DNA of 64,000 bases from Myxococcales bacterium (GTDB taxonomy: Bacteria > Myxococcota_A > Polyangia > Polyangiales > DASUME01). Below are positions 38,693 to 50,927 of the stretch, one piece after another. Each line of letters starts with the position of its first letter. Within the stretch, counting starts at the first letter, position 1. Position numbers and translations under genes: made by a program. The stretch spans positions 1,760,001 through 1,824,000 of the forward strand of contig JASGJH010000001.1 of NCBI GenBank assembly GCA_047601445.1. Direction: 5' to 3'. Under the pieces are notes generated by a model, which saw only the letters and a program-made list of their open reading frames with translations, did no database searches and was not told the DNA's origin.

Positions 38693-41600
38693 ATGTCGAT
38701 TCACGCCATCGCTCCAAGCCCGCTCGCGCGGCTGCTGCTGGAGCTCGAGACGCGCGCCGCTTCGGGGGGCATCGAAGCAGGCGGACGCCGCTTGGTACTA
38801 TTCAAGGGCGGCTTGTTCGACGTGCGGCCTGCGCCAGAAGACGCGTCGCTAGGCGAGTTCTTGGTGGCCGCAGGACGCTTGAGCAGCGAGGACCTCAGCG
38901 AAGGCAAGCTGCTGGCGTCGGAGCGCCGCATTCCGCTCGAAGCAGCGCTACGCCAAAAGGACCTGGTGCCGGTGGAAGCGCTGCTCGAGACGCGTCGAGC
39001 GTTGTGGCTCGACCGCTTTGTGCGCGGCCTCGCAGAGGAGGAGCGCGCTGGCAAACAGCCGGGGCTGCTGCAGCCGGAACCGCATCCCATGCAGGGCGCG
39101 ACGATTCCGCTCTTGCCCTTCGTGCTCGATGGACTCACGCGGCGCGCGAGTGTGGGCGACGCCGAGCAAATCGGACGCGCTTCGGACGCATGGTTCGAGT
39201 GGCTCGATACGCCGCAGCGCGAGCGCGCCGAGGCATGGGCGGACTTTGGGCAACTGGAGAGCCCGGTGCAGACCGCAGGCCTGTTCGCGCGTCATCCTGC
39301 GGCGCCGTCGCGCATCGCGGCCCTGGCGCGTGCAGGCCTTGCGCGCCTGAGCGAGAAGCGTCTGTCCATTCCGCCAGCGCCTCCGCGCACTCCGTCCATC
39401 GCAGCGCCTGCGCCGGAACCCGAAGTCATGGGCCGCGGCAGCATCGAGCCGCCGCCGCTCTCGCCCTTGCCGGTGCTCGCCCCTGGCGAGCCAGGCACGC
39501 GCGGCAGTCCGCTGCGCATCGGTCCCTTGCACTCGTGGTTTCCCGCGGCCGCCGGCACCCTCGATGACCCCCTCGACGCGCTCGAGCGGCGCATCACGCG
39601 TCTCGAACAGACTGGAGCACCCGCCGAGCAGCGCGCTCGTGCTTGGCTCGATCTAGCCCAAGCCTGGCGCGAGCACTTCGATTCCACCGACGAGGCCGCG
39701 CGTGCATGTCGCGAAGCGGCCGCAGCTGCCACGGAGAGCGCAGCGGCGCTGGAGGCGGCTGCTCACAGCTGCGCGATCGTTGGGCGGCCCGATCTCGCCT
39801 ATGCCTACGCGGCCTCCTGGGCAGAGGTGTTGCAGGACCCTGCGCAGAAGGCGCGCGCGCTCGTGCGGGCCGCGGACTACGCGACACGCGCCGCGAAGGA
39901 GGCCAGCGCGCTGCGCCTCTCCAAGCAGGCGGCCGAGCTCGACTCGGACGATGGATCCGTCGCCGAGCGCTACGCGCGGGCGTTGCTCTTGCGCGGCGAC
40001 GTCGAGGGTGCGTTGCGGGCCGCGCGTGACGCTGCCAAGCGCTACCGCGAGCGCTCGCCGCGCGCGGCGCGCGTGGTGCTGGCCTGGGCGAGCAATTTGG
40101 CGCCGAACGATCCCGAGGTGGCGGCGGACTACGCGTCGTGCCTGGCCGCGGAAGGCTTCGTGGAAGCGGGCGTGGCCGTTCTCGCACGCGCTGCACGGCG
40201 CGCACGCAGCCCCGAGACCGCACGCAAGCTCTACCGCAACGCAGCGGTCCGTGCCGAGCTCGCGGCACGCCCCGATCTGGCAGCGGATCTGTTGACCGAG
40301 GCGATCGACGCGCTCGGCGCCGACGATCCTGCGCTCAATCGCGCCTTGCTCAACGATCTCACCAACAGCGGCGAGGTGGTCGAAGTGGCCATCCTCGGTG
40401 CCGAGCTCGCGCAGAGCGCCGAAGGCCCTGCGCGCGCCGAGTACCTGGTGCGCGCCGCCGACGCTCGACTGGAGCTGCCGGGTGAGCCGACCTTGGCCGT
40501 GGAGCTCTACACGCAAGCGCTGTGCGCCGATCCGCGCAACGCGCGTGCGCTCAGTGCGCTGACCCAGAATCGCCGAGGCCGACGCCGAGCCGCGGCGGGT
40601 GAGCGAGGCCCTGGAGCGCGCCATCCGTCAGGCCCGGCCCGGGGAGGCCGTCGGCGTCCTCGTCGAGCGCCTGTTGGCGGTGCTCGCCCAGCGCAGCCTG
40701 GCTCCACAACTCGAACGCTGGGTGCTCGAGCAAGCCAAGAAGCTCGCGCTCCCGCTGGGGCTCTCGGGCGAAGAGCGCTCGGCGCTCGAGTCACGCGAGG
40801 GACGCTACGAGGTGGAGACTCGACGGCTCGACAACGAGTTGCGCAACGCCACGCCCGAGCGCCGCACGCACGCGGCCCTGGCGCTCGCGGATCACTTGCG
40901 CGACGACCCCGGCAAGCGCACGACGGCACAGCGCCTGTACGAGAAGGTCCTCGAAGGCGAGCCCCAGCACCAGATGGCGCGAGCGCGCCTCGAGGGGTTG
41001 CTGCGGCTCCAGGGTGACAGTGAAGGCTTGTGCGTTCTAGCCAGCCAGCGTGTGCAGCACGCCAGCAGCGACTTCATGCGCATCGCGGCGATGCTGAGCT
41101 GGGTGCATGCCGAGTACGCCGCCCAGAACCTGCGCGGCGCGCTCGAGGCCTGCATGTCGCTGTTGTCGCTGGCGCCCAAGCACCGCGAAGGCGCCCTGCT
41201 GCTGCTTCGCCTCTCCAAGCGGCTCGACGATCCCATGCTCACCGCCGACGCGCTCGCGCGGCGCGTGGCGGCCAGCCTGGACCCACGCGAACGCGCCATC
41301 ATGTTGTGCTCCCTGGCCCGCATCTGCGTCGACGCTGGCGATCTCGCGGCCGCTCTCGAGCACGCGGAGACGGCCCTGGCGTCCGACCCCCGTTGCGCCG
41401 CGGCAGCCCTGCTGATCCTGCAAAATCACCACGAACTCGCGCCGCAGCGCGTGCTGCCCCTCTTCCGTGCCGCCCGCAATGTGCTCGGCGAATCGCCCGA
41501 GCTCCTTTCTTTGCTCGCCCAGGCGCAGTACGGCGTCAACGACGCCCGTGGTCAGCGCGAGACCCTCGAAGCCCACCTCGAGCTCGCTCCCTTCGATGCC

Positions 41601-44600
41601 CTCCCCGCTCTGGCGCTCCTGACCTTGCATGCGAGTGGCAACGATGCCGACGCCATCGAGCGGGCCTTGCGCGTCGCCCTGGCCGCCGAGCGCTACGGTG
41701 AGGGCACCATCCTGCTCGCAGGTGGCGTGCTCGACCGCCTCTGGCTGCTCGGCCATCGGAAGCAGGCGGTCTCTGCGGTGCTGCTGGCGGTCGACGAGCT
41801 CGGGGAGAACGCGGACAGCCTGCTCGACTGGGCCGCCCAATGCGTGGACGAACTCGACGACGCCCGCCTCACGCGCGCCGTCCTGGAGCGCATGGTGGTG
41901 CGAGCCACCGGCGAAGCGCGCAGCGCGGCGCTGCGCAAGCTCGCGCTGTTTCACCAGGCGCAAGGCACTCGCAGCGGAGAGGCCCGGGCCTACCTGCGGC
42001 TTTTGGCGCTCGAGCCCGCCGACTCGGTCGCGCTCGATCGACTCGCCTTCCTGTACGCAGAGACGCGCGAACTCGAGCGCCTGATGGCCGTGCTTACGCT
42101 GCGTCTGGAACTGAGCGAGAGCCAGAGCGAACGCCGCGAGCGGCTGCTCTCGTTGGCGTGCGCGGCGCTGGACCTGGCCGACGATCCGGCGGGCGCCGAG
42201 GATCTCGTGCGCGCCGCGCTGGCGAGCTTCCCCGAGCTCGCCGAAGAGAGCGAACCCACCATCGACGTGGTGCGTCGCGGCGTCGGCCTCCTGCTCGGCA
42301 GTCGCTCTCCGCAGCTGGCCTTCGACTTGCTGCTGTCGATGTCGGAGGTGGCGTCGGTGACGCGCGCCTGCGAGCTGGTCGACGAAGCCGTCAACATCGC
42401 CGAGCACCACCTGGGCAACCGCGATTTGGCCCTGCGGGCCGCCACGCTCGGCCTCGAGTCGCATCCCCAGTACACGGCGTTCTTGCTGCACTTCGAGCGC
42501 CTCGCGCTGGAGTTGGGAGACGTGGCCACGGGTCGCGAGGTCTATCGCCACCTGGCGAGCGCAGCGATGGGCATCCACGGACGCCGTGCCCTGCTCTACC
42601 GCGCGGGACGCTGGCTCGAGCGCGCAGGCGCTCCGTCGGACGCGCTGGAGGCCGTCGAGCATGCCTTCGCGTTGGCGCCCAGCGAGGGCGCGATGCTGAC
42701 CGCCCTCGAGCGCCTGGCGCGGGTCGCAGGTGAGCACGAGGCCCTGGTGAGGGCGCTGGATTTGCTGGCCCAGGGCGCAAGCGTGGCGCGCGAGAGGAGC
42801 CGGCTCCTGCTGCGCGCCGGGCGGGTCTGCGACGAGGACATGGGCAACCCGGATACGGCCCTCCTCTGCTACGAGCGGGCACTGCGAGCCTGGCCGGACC
42901 AGGAGAGCGAGGGCTTGGCGTTCGCCTGCCTCACGCGCATCGGACCGACCTCCCAGGAGTCGGCGGCGCAGCGCTTGCGCGCCCTGTTCACGGAGCAGGC
43001 CCAGGATGCCTGGGCGACCAAACCGCGCGTGCAGGCACTGCTCTCGCTGGCCCGCCTGGAGCTCGGTTACGGGCGCGGCCCCAGCGAGGCGGACGGCCAC
43101 CTGCGTCACGCGCGCGATGCCATCGAGCAAGACGAGGACCTGCCCGAGGCCGATCGCGCCGAGCTCCTGCTCTTGCACAGCTCGCTCCACGCTGCGTTGG
43201 GCGCGCCGAGCATCGAGGACATGACCTCGGAAGGGCACACCGAGACCACCGAGAACCCGGACGCGATCGCGTCCGAGCCCGCCACATCTCAGGATCTCGA
43301 CGAGTCTCGCCCGCGCGAGACCCTCGAGTTCTCGCCTGCCATGCTCGCCGACGCAGCCGCCGCGCGCAGCGGAGCCGAATCCGGCCTCGCCAGTAGCGTG
43401 CCCGCGCACCCGCCCTCCGAGCGCCCTTACGATCCGCGCGAGCGCAGCGCTGCCCCTGCGCCGCGCACGCAGCCCATCAACCACAACGAGCGCAACCTGG
43501 TGTCGCGCCGGCGCAGCCATACCGATCCCGGCCTCCAGCCCGCAGCCCCCGCGCGGCAGGCCCGCACCAGCTCCACCTTCGAGGCCCGCTCAACCCAGCT
43601 CGGGTTCCGCACCCTGCCCGGCAGTGCCAGCTTGGCGGACGTGCGTGAAGGCGACGAGCCCGCGCCGCGCGCGCGCGAGCCCGCGCGTTCCTCGCTACGA
43701 CCCATCCAACCGCCCGAGCCGGCCGAGAGTGTGCTCCCGGTCAACTCCGCGGATGATCGCCTGCTCGGGGCCCTGCTGGCAGGGGACACCGACGCGCTCG
43801 GGTCGCTCCTGGCAAGCCCGCCGGCCAACCCGACCCACAGCGACGCCCTGTGCGCTGCGCTACTAGCCAAGGTCCGGACCACCGGCCGCACCAACGTACC
43901 GGTCCTGCGCGCGCTGCGGCTACTCGGTAGCAACTACCCTGCCCTCGTCGCCGTCTGCGGCGAAGCCATCGCGTTCTTCGATCCGCCCGCCTCTACGACG
44001 CCCGAAGCCACACCTCCGCAACACCACGAGGCGAGCTTCGCCGAGACCCTGCTCGCCGCGCGCGATGACGGCGAGCTCGCCCCCACCTTTACCCTGCTCG
44101 CCCACGTGGCCCAGGGCGCCGCGCCGTTGTTCCGTCGCACGCTGAGCTCCTACGGCGTCTCCGCGAGCGACTTCATCGGTCGCAGCGAAGAGAGCTCCTT
44201 CGCCCGCCCCCTTCAGGAGGTGGCCGCGCGCTTCGGCGTCGAACACGACGTCTATCTTCGGCACACCGGCGAGGACCGACTCACCTTGGTGCCCACCAAC
44301 CCAAGCGCCATCCTCATCGGCGACGGCACCACCGAAGACCCCGCCGTGCTGCGGTATCGATTCGCGCGCATGTTCGAGTGCGCCCGGCCCGGGAGCTCCT
44401 TGATCGCCACGCTCGCGCCCGAATCCGCGCAGAACCTCATGTCTGCCGTGCGAGCCGCGTTCGGTCCCGCGGACTCCAAAGGCCCACCGGTGGCCCGCGA
44501 AGCGGCCGCACTCGCAGCCGAGCTCTGGCGCACCATGCCCTCGAGCACGCAGCGCCAGGTGAGCAACCTGTTCCGCGTGCTCGCCAGCCTACCCGCGCTG

Positions 44601-44852
44601 CCCGAACTCATTCAGCACCTCAGCCTGCGCGCGGCGCGCGTAGGACTCGTGCTGGGCAACTCGCTGGACGTGGCGCTCGCTCAGTTCGGCAAGGACTGGG
44701 ACGCGGACTCGCGCCCGATTCAGCCCACGGCTCAGGATCTCGACCAGGCACTGCGCGAGCGTCCCGCAGTGCGCGGCCTGGTGGCCTTCGCATTGTCGGA
44801 GAACCACTTGAGCCTGCGCGCGGCAGTCCTACCCGGAAATCGACAAGACTGA
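38693..44852 (+). pseudogene. Giant TPR-rich protein (about 2050 aa if joined), split by a 1-nt frameshift near 40568 (real lesion or sequencing error)
   Basis: ORF 38693 is protein-like to …ALSALTQ and then Arg-rich nonsense. The other frame continues IAEADAEPRRVSEAL… to 44852. Removing one A from CAGAATC joins them. Confidence 0.75.
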
Positions 44853-44880
44853 GACGCGCAGCGGGGCGTCCGAGACGGGT

Positions 44881-45579
44881 CTAGAGCTTGCAGCTCGTAT
44901 CGGGCGCCGTGCACTGGCAGGCGTTGGCGAAGGCGTCGAGGCCGCCCAGGCTCTGGCAGTAGTCCATCACCGTGCACCCTTCGCCCTGAACCGGACTCGT
45001 GTATTCGAGGTTGATCGGCCACAGCCACTCGCCGGACTCCACCTCTTCACCGCCGTCAGTCACACCCTTGACCTTCACGGCGACCACGACCTGCGTCTCG
45101 GGCTGGCCGCCGAGCACGTTCTCGCGCAAGCGATCGGCGTAGTTCGACGGGATCAACGTGACGCTCATGACGCCGTGTCCGCCTGGCGGCACCGTCCCCG
45201 AGCCCGCGAAGGGGAACGGATTGTCGAGTCCCGGGATGTCGAGTCGAGCTCCGTTGGGCTTGCGAATCTCGATGGTGGCCCCGGTGAGCGAAAGACGATT
45301 GGGCTCCGGTCGCGGCGGCACATTGCTGGCGCGCGGCTTGAGCCCGCTCTCGACGCCGAGCGCAGCGTCGTACTGCTTCGCCGCGGCCAGGTTCATCACG
45401 CCCTTGAAGACGCAGGTATCGGACTCTGGATTGAACGTGCATCCATCGTCGGCGACGTCGGGGCTGATCGAGCACACCACGTGGAGCGATCCACCGTCGT
45501 CCACGCAGCCCGCGACGCTCGCCAGGCTAGCCATCAGCCCCGCGAAAGCCGCGACTCTCAGCGAGTTGCTCCGATCCAT
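44881..45579 (-). CDS. Hypothetical lipoprotein
   Basis: Lipobox VAGC. Downstream of pilQ-aroKB in the same orientation. Confidence 0.8.
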   Translation of the reverse strand: MDRSNSLRVAAFAGLMASLASVAGCVDDGGSLHVVCSISPDVADDGCTFNPESDTCVFKGVMNLAAAKQYDAALGVESGLKPRASNVPPRPEPNRLSLTGATIEIRKPNGARLDIPGLDNPFPFAGSGTVPPGGHGVMSVTLIPSNYADRLRENVLGGQPETQVVVAVKVKGVTDGGEEVESGEWLWPINLEYTSPVQGEGCTVMDYCQSLGGLDAFANACQCTAPDTSCKL

Positions 45580-45697
45580 TCAACCCCTCCAAAACGCGAC
45601 CCCTCGCACGAGGCACGCCTCCTAGACTCTATCGAGTCGCGGGAGAGGCTGACAAATTTTGCGGCATGCCCACAAAAGCCGCCGCCACGCGCACGGC

Positions 45698-47281
45698 TCA
45701 GCTGCGAACCAGGCGTTTCACTTCGTCGAGTGCGAGCGGCTCGAGCTTGGTCTCACCGGGTGCGCCGGGCACCACAAAGCGCACCTTGCCGCCCTTACGC
45801 TTCTTGTCGGAGCCCAGGAATTCCAGTGTCTTGTCGTCCAAATAGGCGTCCAAGTTCACGGGCAATCCGAGCTTCTCCAGCAGTCTCGTCAGGCGCGCCA
45901 CGTCGTCCGCGCTGGCCACACCGAGCGCCTTCGAGAGGCGGAACGCCGCGACCATGCCCAGCGATACGGCCTCACCGTGCCGCAGCCCCGCGAAGCCCGT
46001 GGCCGCCTCGATAGCGTGCCCCACCGTGTGCCCGAAGTTGAGCAGCGCTCGGACGCCCGTCTCACGCTCGTCCTCGGTGACGATGCGCGCCTTCAGCTGC
46101 ACCGACATCCGCACGGCATCGGTGGTGGCATCGAAATCACCCGCCACCAGGTCCTCGGCGCGCTCCTCCAACAAACGTACGCTCTGCTCACCATCGAGCC
46201 ACGCCGATTTCACGACCTCGGCAAGCCCCGCCCGCCGCTCCGCGAGCGGCAGCGTGGTGAGCGTCTCCACATCGCACAGCACGAAGCGCGGCTGATGGAA
46301 GCTTCCGATCAGATTCTTGCCCTCCGGACGATCGATGCCCGTCTTGCCCCCCACGGCGCTATCCACCATCGCGAGCAGCGTGGTGGGCAGCTGCCCGAAA
46401 GAGAGCCCGCGCAGGATGGTCGACGCTGCAAAGGCCGCCATGTCGCCGACCACGCCGCCACCCACCGCCACCACCAAGGTATCCCGGTCCACCCCGGCGC
46501 CCAGCGCAGCGTCCCAAATGCGCTCGATGCTCGCGATGTTCTTGTGCTGTTCTCCTGCCGGCAAGCACACGGTGGTCACCTTGAAGCCCGCCTCGGCCAG
46601 CTCCTGCCCCGCGCGATTGCCCCAGGGCTCCTCGACACCGGTGTCGGTCACCAACACCACCTGGCTGCCGGATACGGCGCCGCGCGCGCGCTGCGCCAGC
46701 GCATGACGCGAGCCCGCCCCTACTTCGACGCGGTACGTGCGTTCGCCCAGCGGCACCACGATGGAAGCATCGGTCACGATGCGATCGACCGCCTGGGCCA
46801 GGTCGCGCACCGAGAGGTGGTCCGTGTCGAGCTCGGCGTGGCATTCCGCGTAGGCGGCCGCACGCTGCTCGAGCACGCTCGTCAGGCGCTGGCGCACCTC
46901 GGCGTTCGATCCCGTGAGCAAAGGCCGCCCCTTGCCCGAGCCGACGCGAGCGCACAGCGTATCGAGCGAGGCGCGCAAGGTGATCAAGGTACCCTCGCGC
47001 AGCAACCGACGGCGCGACCCTTGATCCACCACCGTGCCCCCTCCGAGGGCCACGACCTTGGCGCTAGGATCACTCAGGATCTCGGCCAGCAGCGTGCGCT
47101 CGAGCTCACGGAAGACGCTCTCCCCGCGGCGCTCGAAGATCTGGGGGATGGAAAGCCCCGCTCGCTGCTCGATGCGCTGGTCCAGGTCGACCACCGGACA
47201 GCGCCACAACTCACCCAGGGCTGCCGCGACCTGCGACTTTCCGCTGCCCATGGGACCCGACAAGAACACGCGCTCAGACAT
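45698..47281 (-). CDS. aroKB: Bifunctional shikimate kinase / 3-dehydroquinate synthase
   Basis: GPMGSGKS, GESVFRELE. GGGVVGD, PTTLLAMVDSAVGGKTG, LLNFGHTVGHAIE. Confidence 0.95.
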   Translation of the reverse strand: MSERVFLSGPMGSGKSQVAAALGELWRCPVVDLDQRIEQRAGLSIPQIFERRGESVFRELERTLLAEILSDPSAKVVALGGGTVVDQGSRRRLLREGTLITLRASLDTLCARVGSGKGRPLLTGSNAEVRQRLTSVLEQRAAAYAECHAELDTDHLSVRDLAQAVDRIVTDASIVVPLGERTYRVEVGAGSRHALAQRARGAVSGSQVVLVTDTGVEEPWGNRAGQELAEAGFKVTTVCLPAGEQHKNIASIERIWDAALGAGVDRDTLVVAVGGGVVGDMAAFAASTILRGLSFGQLPTTLLAMVDSAVGGKTGIDRPEGKNLIGSFHQPRFVLCDVETLTTLPLAERRAGLAEVVKSAWLDGEQSVRLLEERAEDLVAGDFDATTDAVRMSVQLKARIVTEDERETGVRALLNFGHTVGHAIEAATGFAGLRHGEAVSLGMVAAFRLSKALGVASADDVARLTRLLEKLGLPVNLDAYLDDKTLEFLGSDKKRKGGKVRFVVPGAPGETKLEPLALDEVKRLVRS

Positions 47282-47346
47282 CAGGCCCGAAGTCTGTCCC
47301 GAAATGCCCGATCAGGCACGAAGCCTGATTCCGCGGCAATTTCAGG

Positions 47347-49581
47347 TCACTTTTGGGCCGACATCAGCGCCTGATCGCGATTCACGATGCGCGGTGTAAT
47401 GAAGATCAAGAGCTCGCTGCGCTGGTCGAGCATGCGGCGGCGCTGGAACAGGAGCCCGAGGATCGGGATGTCTCCGAAGAACGGGACCTGGTCCACCGTG
47501 CGGCCGCTGTTGCGGGTGTAGATGCCGCCGATCACCGCGGTGTGCCCGTCGGCGATGAGGAGCTCGGTGTTGGCCTCGCGCTTGAGGATGGTGGGCTGAC
47601 CGTTGGCGCCCGTGCGGGTGAAGTCCGGCTCGTTGCGCGTGACGTGCACCTTCATGGCCACCGAACCATCGGCGGTCACGTGCGGCGTGACGCTGAGCTC
47701 GAGCACGGCGGTCTGGAACGCCGTCTGCACGCCCTGCGCGCTCACCTGCGAGTAGGGGATCTGGGTACCCTGCGAGATCTTGGCGGCGTGGTTGTCGAGC
47801 GTGAGCACGCGCGGCGAGCTGATGATCTTCACCGCGCCCGTGGACTCGGCGGCGCTCAGGCGCACGTTCAAGTTGTAGTTGCCGTCCACACTGCCGAAGG
47901 TGAGGCCCAGCGCGCCACCCGCCCCGGTACCCGTGGCAGCCGGCAAGTTGACCGCGAAGTTGGGCACCGGCGTCGTCGCCGCCAGCGGAGACAAGCCCTG
48001 GGTGGGCGTCTGACCGTCGTAGGCACCGCCCGCCATGCCGATGTTGCTGGGGAACACCAGGCCGGTCTGGTTGCCGAAAGCCTGGTTGAAGGAGACGTCA
48101 CCGCCCCACTGGATGCCGACGTCGCGCACGTAGTTGCTGGTGGCTTCGACGATGCGCGCTTCCACCAGGACCTGCGCCGTCTGCGTGTCGAGCGTACGCA
48201 CCAACTCTTCCACGTCGTCCAGGCTCTCGATGATGTCGCGCACGATGAGCACGTTGGTGCGCTCGTCCACCGAGACGTTTCCGCGTTCGGTCAAGAGCTC
48301 GCGCACGCGCGGCTCCACGTCCTTGGCGGTGGCGTAGCTCACCGGCACGAGCCGCGTCTCCACGGGCGCCAGGGCCACTTGCTGCTTCTGGCGCGCCAGC
48401 GCGAGCTCGCGCTCCTTCTCGAGCACTTCCTGGGGCGCCACGCGAATCAGGTTGCCCTTGCGTTCGGCGCCGAGCCCCTTGGCCTGCAGAATCACGTCGA
48501 GCGCTTGATCCCAGGGCACGTCGCGCATGCGAATGGTCACCGAGCCGCTGACGTCGTCGCTGGTCACCACGTTCACGCCGCCGACCTCGGCCAGCAGGCG
48601 CAGGATGTTGTGGATGTCGGCGTCCTTGAAGTCCAGGTCGATGCGACGCCCGGTGTACTTGGTAGGCGTGCCCGACTTGGCCTGCATGGCCTGGCCGCTG
48701 ACGAACGAAGCGACCTCCTCGGAGTCGATCTCCACCGGAGCGGCCGGCACCAGCGTGCGCGGCTTGGGCGTGCCTGCTTCGGCGCGCTCGCTCGGCGCGA
48801 ACAACCACACGATGCGGTTCCCCTCGCGAATCGCGGTGCCCGAGGAGTCCGGCGTGCGCTCGACCTCGACCAGCACGCGGTCCCCGTCGTGGCTCACTTG
48901 CACGCCCTTCACCACCTCGAGCCCCTCGCGCGTGATCTTGCGCTGGGCCGAGGCACCGATGGCGGCGCCCTTGATCTCGAGCCGGGCTGGGCCCACGGCT
49001 CCCGGATAGACGCGGAACTCCGCGGGCCGACTCAACTCGACGACCACGCGTTCGCGACCATCCCGTCGCTCGAGCAAGACGTTGCGGACTTCGGAGCTGC
49101 GCCCCTCCCCACTGCTCGCGGTCGCGAGCTCGGCCTTGTCACCTGCGACCGGCACGGCCGCCGTCGAGGCCGCGTCGAGCTCCTCGAGCGCCACGATGAT
49201 GTCGCCGTCCTTCACACGCGCGCGATAGGAGGCAGGCTCCCGCAGCGAAAGCTCGATGCGCACGCCCTGGGCGCTGGTGCTGGCGGTGGCGGACTTGACG
49301 AGGTCGGCGCCCGCGCCGAGCAGCACGCTCTCGTTTTCGAGCGACGCACCGGCCACGTCGATGACCACCACGTTGCCGCCGTCACGCGTACGAACTGCGT
49401 AGCTCGGAGCCTCGAAATTGCCGTCGAGGACGACCTCCGCACGGCCCCCCTGGCCTCGCACTTTCACCTGTGTCAGCGCCGCCTTGGACGCCTCGGCGCG
49501 CGCCTTGTGCGCACCTTGAGTCGTCATCAGCGCGAGCGCCAACAAGGTCGTCAGTCGAAAGCCTTGCCGCATGAACGCCAT
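47347..49581 (-). CDS. pilQ: Type IV pilus secretin with AMIN domains
   Basis: IDLDFKDADI, VPWDQALD, QVLVEARIVE, VPFFGDIPILG.LF, ELLIFITPRI. Confidence 0.96.
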   Translation of the reverse strand: MAFMRQGFRLTTLLALALMTTQGAHKARAEASKAALTQVKVRGQGGRAEVVLDGNFEAPSYAVRTRDGGNVVVIDVAGASLENESVLLGAGADLVKSATASTSAQGVRIELSLREPASYRARVKDGDIIVALEELDAASTAAVPVAGDKAELATASSGEGRSSEVRNVLLERRDGRERVVVELSRPAEFRVYPGAVGPARLEIKGAAIGASAQRKITREGLEVVKGVQVSHDGDRVLVEVERTPDSSGTAIREGNRIVWLFAPSERAEAGTPKPRTLVPAAPVEIDSEEVASFVSGQAMQAKSGTPTKYTGRRIDLDFKDADIHNILRLLAEVGGVNVVTSDDVSGSVTIRMRDVPWDQALDVILQAKGLGAERKGNLIRVAPQEVLEKERELALARQKQQVALAPVETRLVPVSYATAKDVEPRVRELLTERGNVSVDERTNVLIVRDIIESLDDVEELVRTLDTQTAQVLVEARIVEATSNYVRDVGIQWGGDVSFNQAFGNQTGLVFPSNIGMAGGAYDGQTPTQGLSPLAATTPVPNFAVNLPAATGTGAGGALGLTFGSVDGNYNLNVRLSAAESTGAVKIISSPRVLTLDNHAAKISQGTQIPYSQVSAQGVQTAFQTAVLELSVTPHVTADGSVAMKVHVTRNEPDFTRTGANGQPTILKREANTELLIADGHTAVIGGIYTRNSGRTVDQVPFFGDIPILGLLFQRRRMLDQRSELLIFITPRIVNRDQALMSAQK

Positions 49582-49701
49582 CTCCCTCTTCTAGCCCTGG
49601 TCGAGATTTTCGGATCCCCACCGGTTTTTGCGCAAAAAAAGAACGCACCAGGGTGATCTCGAAGCCTCGAGACACGCCCGTGCGCGTGCGACTGTGTGCG
49701 A

Positions 49702-50358
49702 TCAGCCTTCGTCGCCCCGCGCGCCGGCGATGGCGTTCTGATCGGCTTCGTCCGCAGGGTGCAGCGGGATCACCTGGATCAGCGGCGGACGGTTGGGGCC
49801 CGTGGGGTCTTCACGCGCCAGCACCACCTCGTTCTCACGAATGCGGTCCACGCGCCAGTTGAGGGCTACCGGTAGGTTCTCCGCGCCCCCCGTCTGCACC
49901 ACGTCGGCCTGCCCGACGAAGTCGCCGCGGCTCGTCACGTGGCCGACCCCCCGCTCGTCCACGATCATGGCGCGCGGCTGGTCGATTCCCGTGATGATGG
50001 CGATGAGGCGCATGGCCTTGAGCGGCGTGGTCGGCATCAGCACCGTGCGCTGTGCCACCACGGCCGTCTTGCCCTTGAGCTCGATGGCGAAGTTACGGAA
50101 CGGATCGCGGTTGGCATCGCTCTCCACGAAGTCCGAGTCACGCAAGGGACGCAGGACCTCGGGGGCCGCAGCGGTCGCCGCAGCCGCAGGCGCCGAACCG
50201 GCGGTCGGAGCCGCAGGCTTGAGCTCGGGCAGGGTGGTGGTGGTGGGCAGCGCCTCGCTGTCGCCGCAGGCCGAGAGCGCGAGCGTGCACGCGACCAGGC
50301 ACGGTCCGAGCGTGCGCCCCCGTGAACGGGTGAGCTTGGTGCGCATGGGCGACCTCAC
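49702..50358 (-). CDS. pilP: Type IV pilus assembly lipoprotein
   Basis: Lipobox LSAC, RDPF motif, position between pilO and pilQ. Confidence 0.85.
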   Translation of the reverse strand: MRSPMRTKLTRSRGRTLGPCLVACTLALSACGDSEALPTTTTLPELKPAAPTAGSAPAAAATAAAPEVLRPLRDSDFVESDANRDPFRNFAIELKGKTAVVAQRTVLMPTTPLKAMRLIAIITGIDQPRAMIVDERGVGHVTSRGDFVGQADVVQTGGAENLPVALNWRVDRIRENEVVLAREDPTGPNRPPLIQVIPLHPADEADQNAIAGARGDEG

Positions 50359-50927
50359 GCGTCCTTCCGGCGGAAGGTGGTGGCGAGCACGCCAACCTTC
50401 AGCACCAGGCCCTCACCTTGCTCCTGGGGATCCGAGAGCACGATGTTCTCCATGTTGATGGCGCGCTGCAGCCGGCTGACGTTGTAGAAGAACTTGGCCA
50501 GCTGGTGGTAGCGCCCGGAGAGCCTGAGGTTCACGGGAATGCTGTAGTAGAACTGCGCGGCCGTCTCGGGCCGCGGCTCCACTGCTTGAATGGTGAGCCC
50601 GCTCAATTCGGCGATGCGGTTCAGCTCCGCCAACATCGAGGCAATCTCGGGGTCACGCGGCAAGATGCGCATGTTCTGCAGGTCCACGACCTTGCGGGCT
50701 TCCACCTCTTCGCGCAGCTTCACGAACTGTTGCTGCAACGACTTGGCCGCCGCCAGCTCCTGGTCGAGTTGGGCTTTGCGTGACGCCGCCCCCTCGATCT
50801 GCTCGGTCAACGGGCCGTGGAAGAGCATGTAGTAGCCGACACCGAGCGCCACCAACAGGATGGCCAGCACCAGCACCTTGCTCGAGGCCGGGAGCTTCGC
50901 GAACTGCTGTCCAGCTGAGTCCGCCAT
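50355..50927 (-). CDS. pilO: Type IV pilus assembly protein
   Basis: TM + coiled coil, LP..PEI, FYYSIPV…GRYHQLAKFF. Confidence 0.92.
   Translation of the reverse strand: MADSAGQQFAKLPASSKVLVLAILLVALGVGYYMLFHGPLTEQIEGAASRKAQLDQELAAAKSLQQQFVKLREEVEARKVVDLQNMRILPRDPEIASMLAELNRIAELSGLTIQAVEPRPETAAQFYYSIPVNLRLSGRYHQLAKFFYNVSRLQRAINMENIVLSDPQEQGEGLVLKVGVLATTFRRKDA

Noticed and set aside
47300..47345. Hairpin ATCAGGC-ACGAA-GCCTGAT between pilQ and aroKB as an ncRNA
   Set aside because: Short and without a U-tract or recognisable family. At most an mRNA stability or processing stem.
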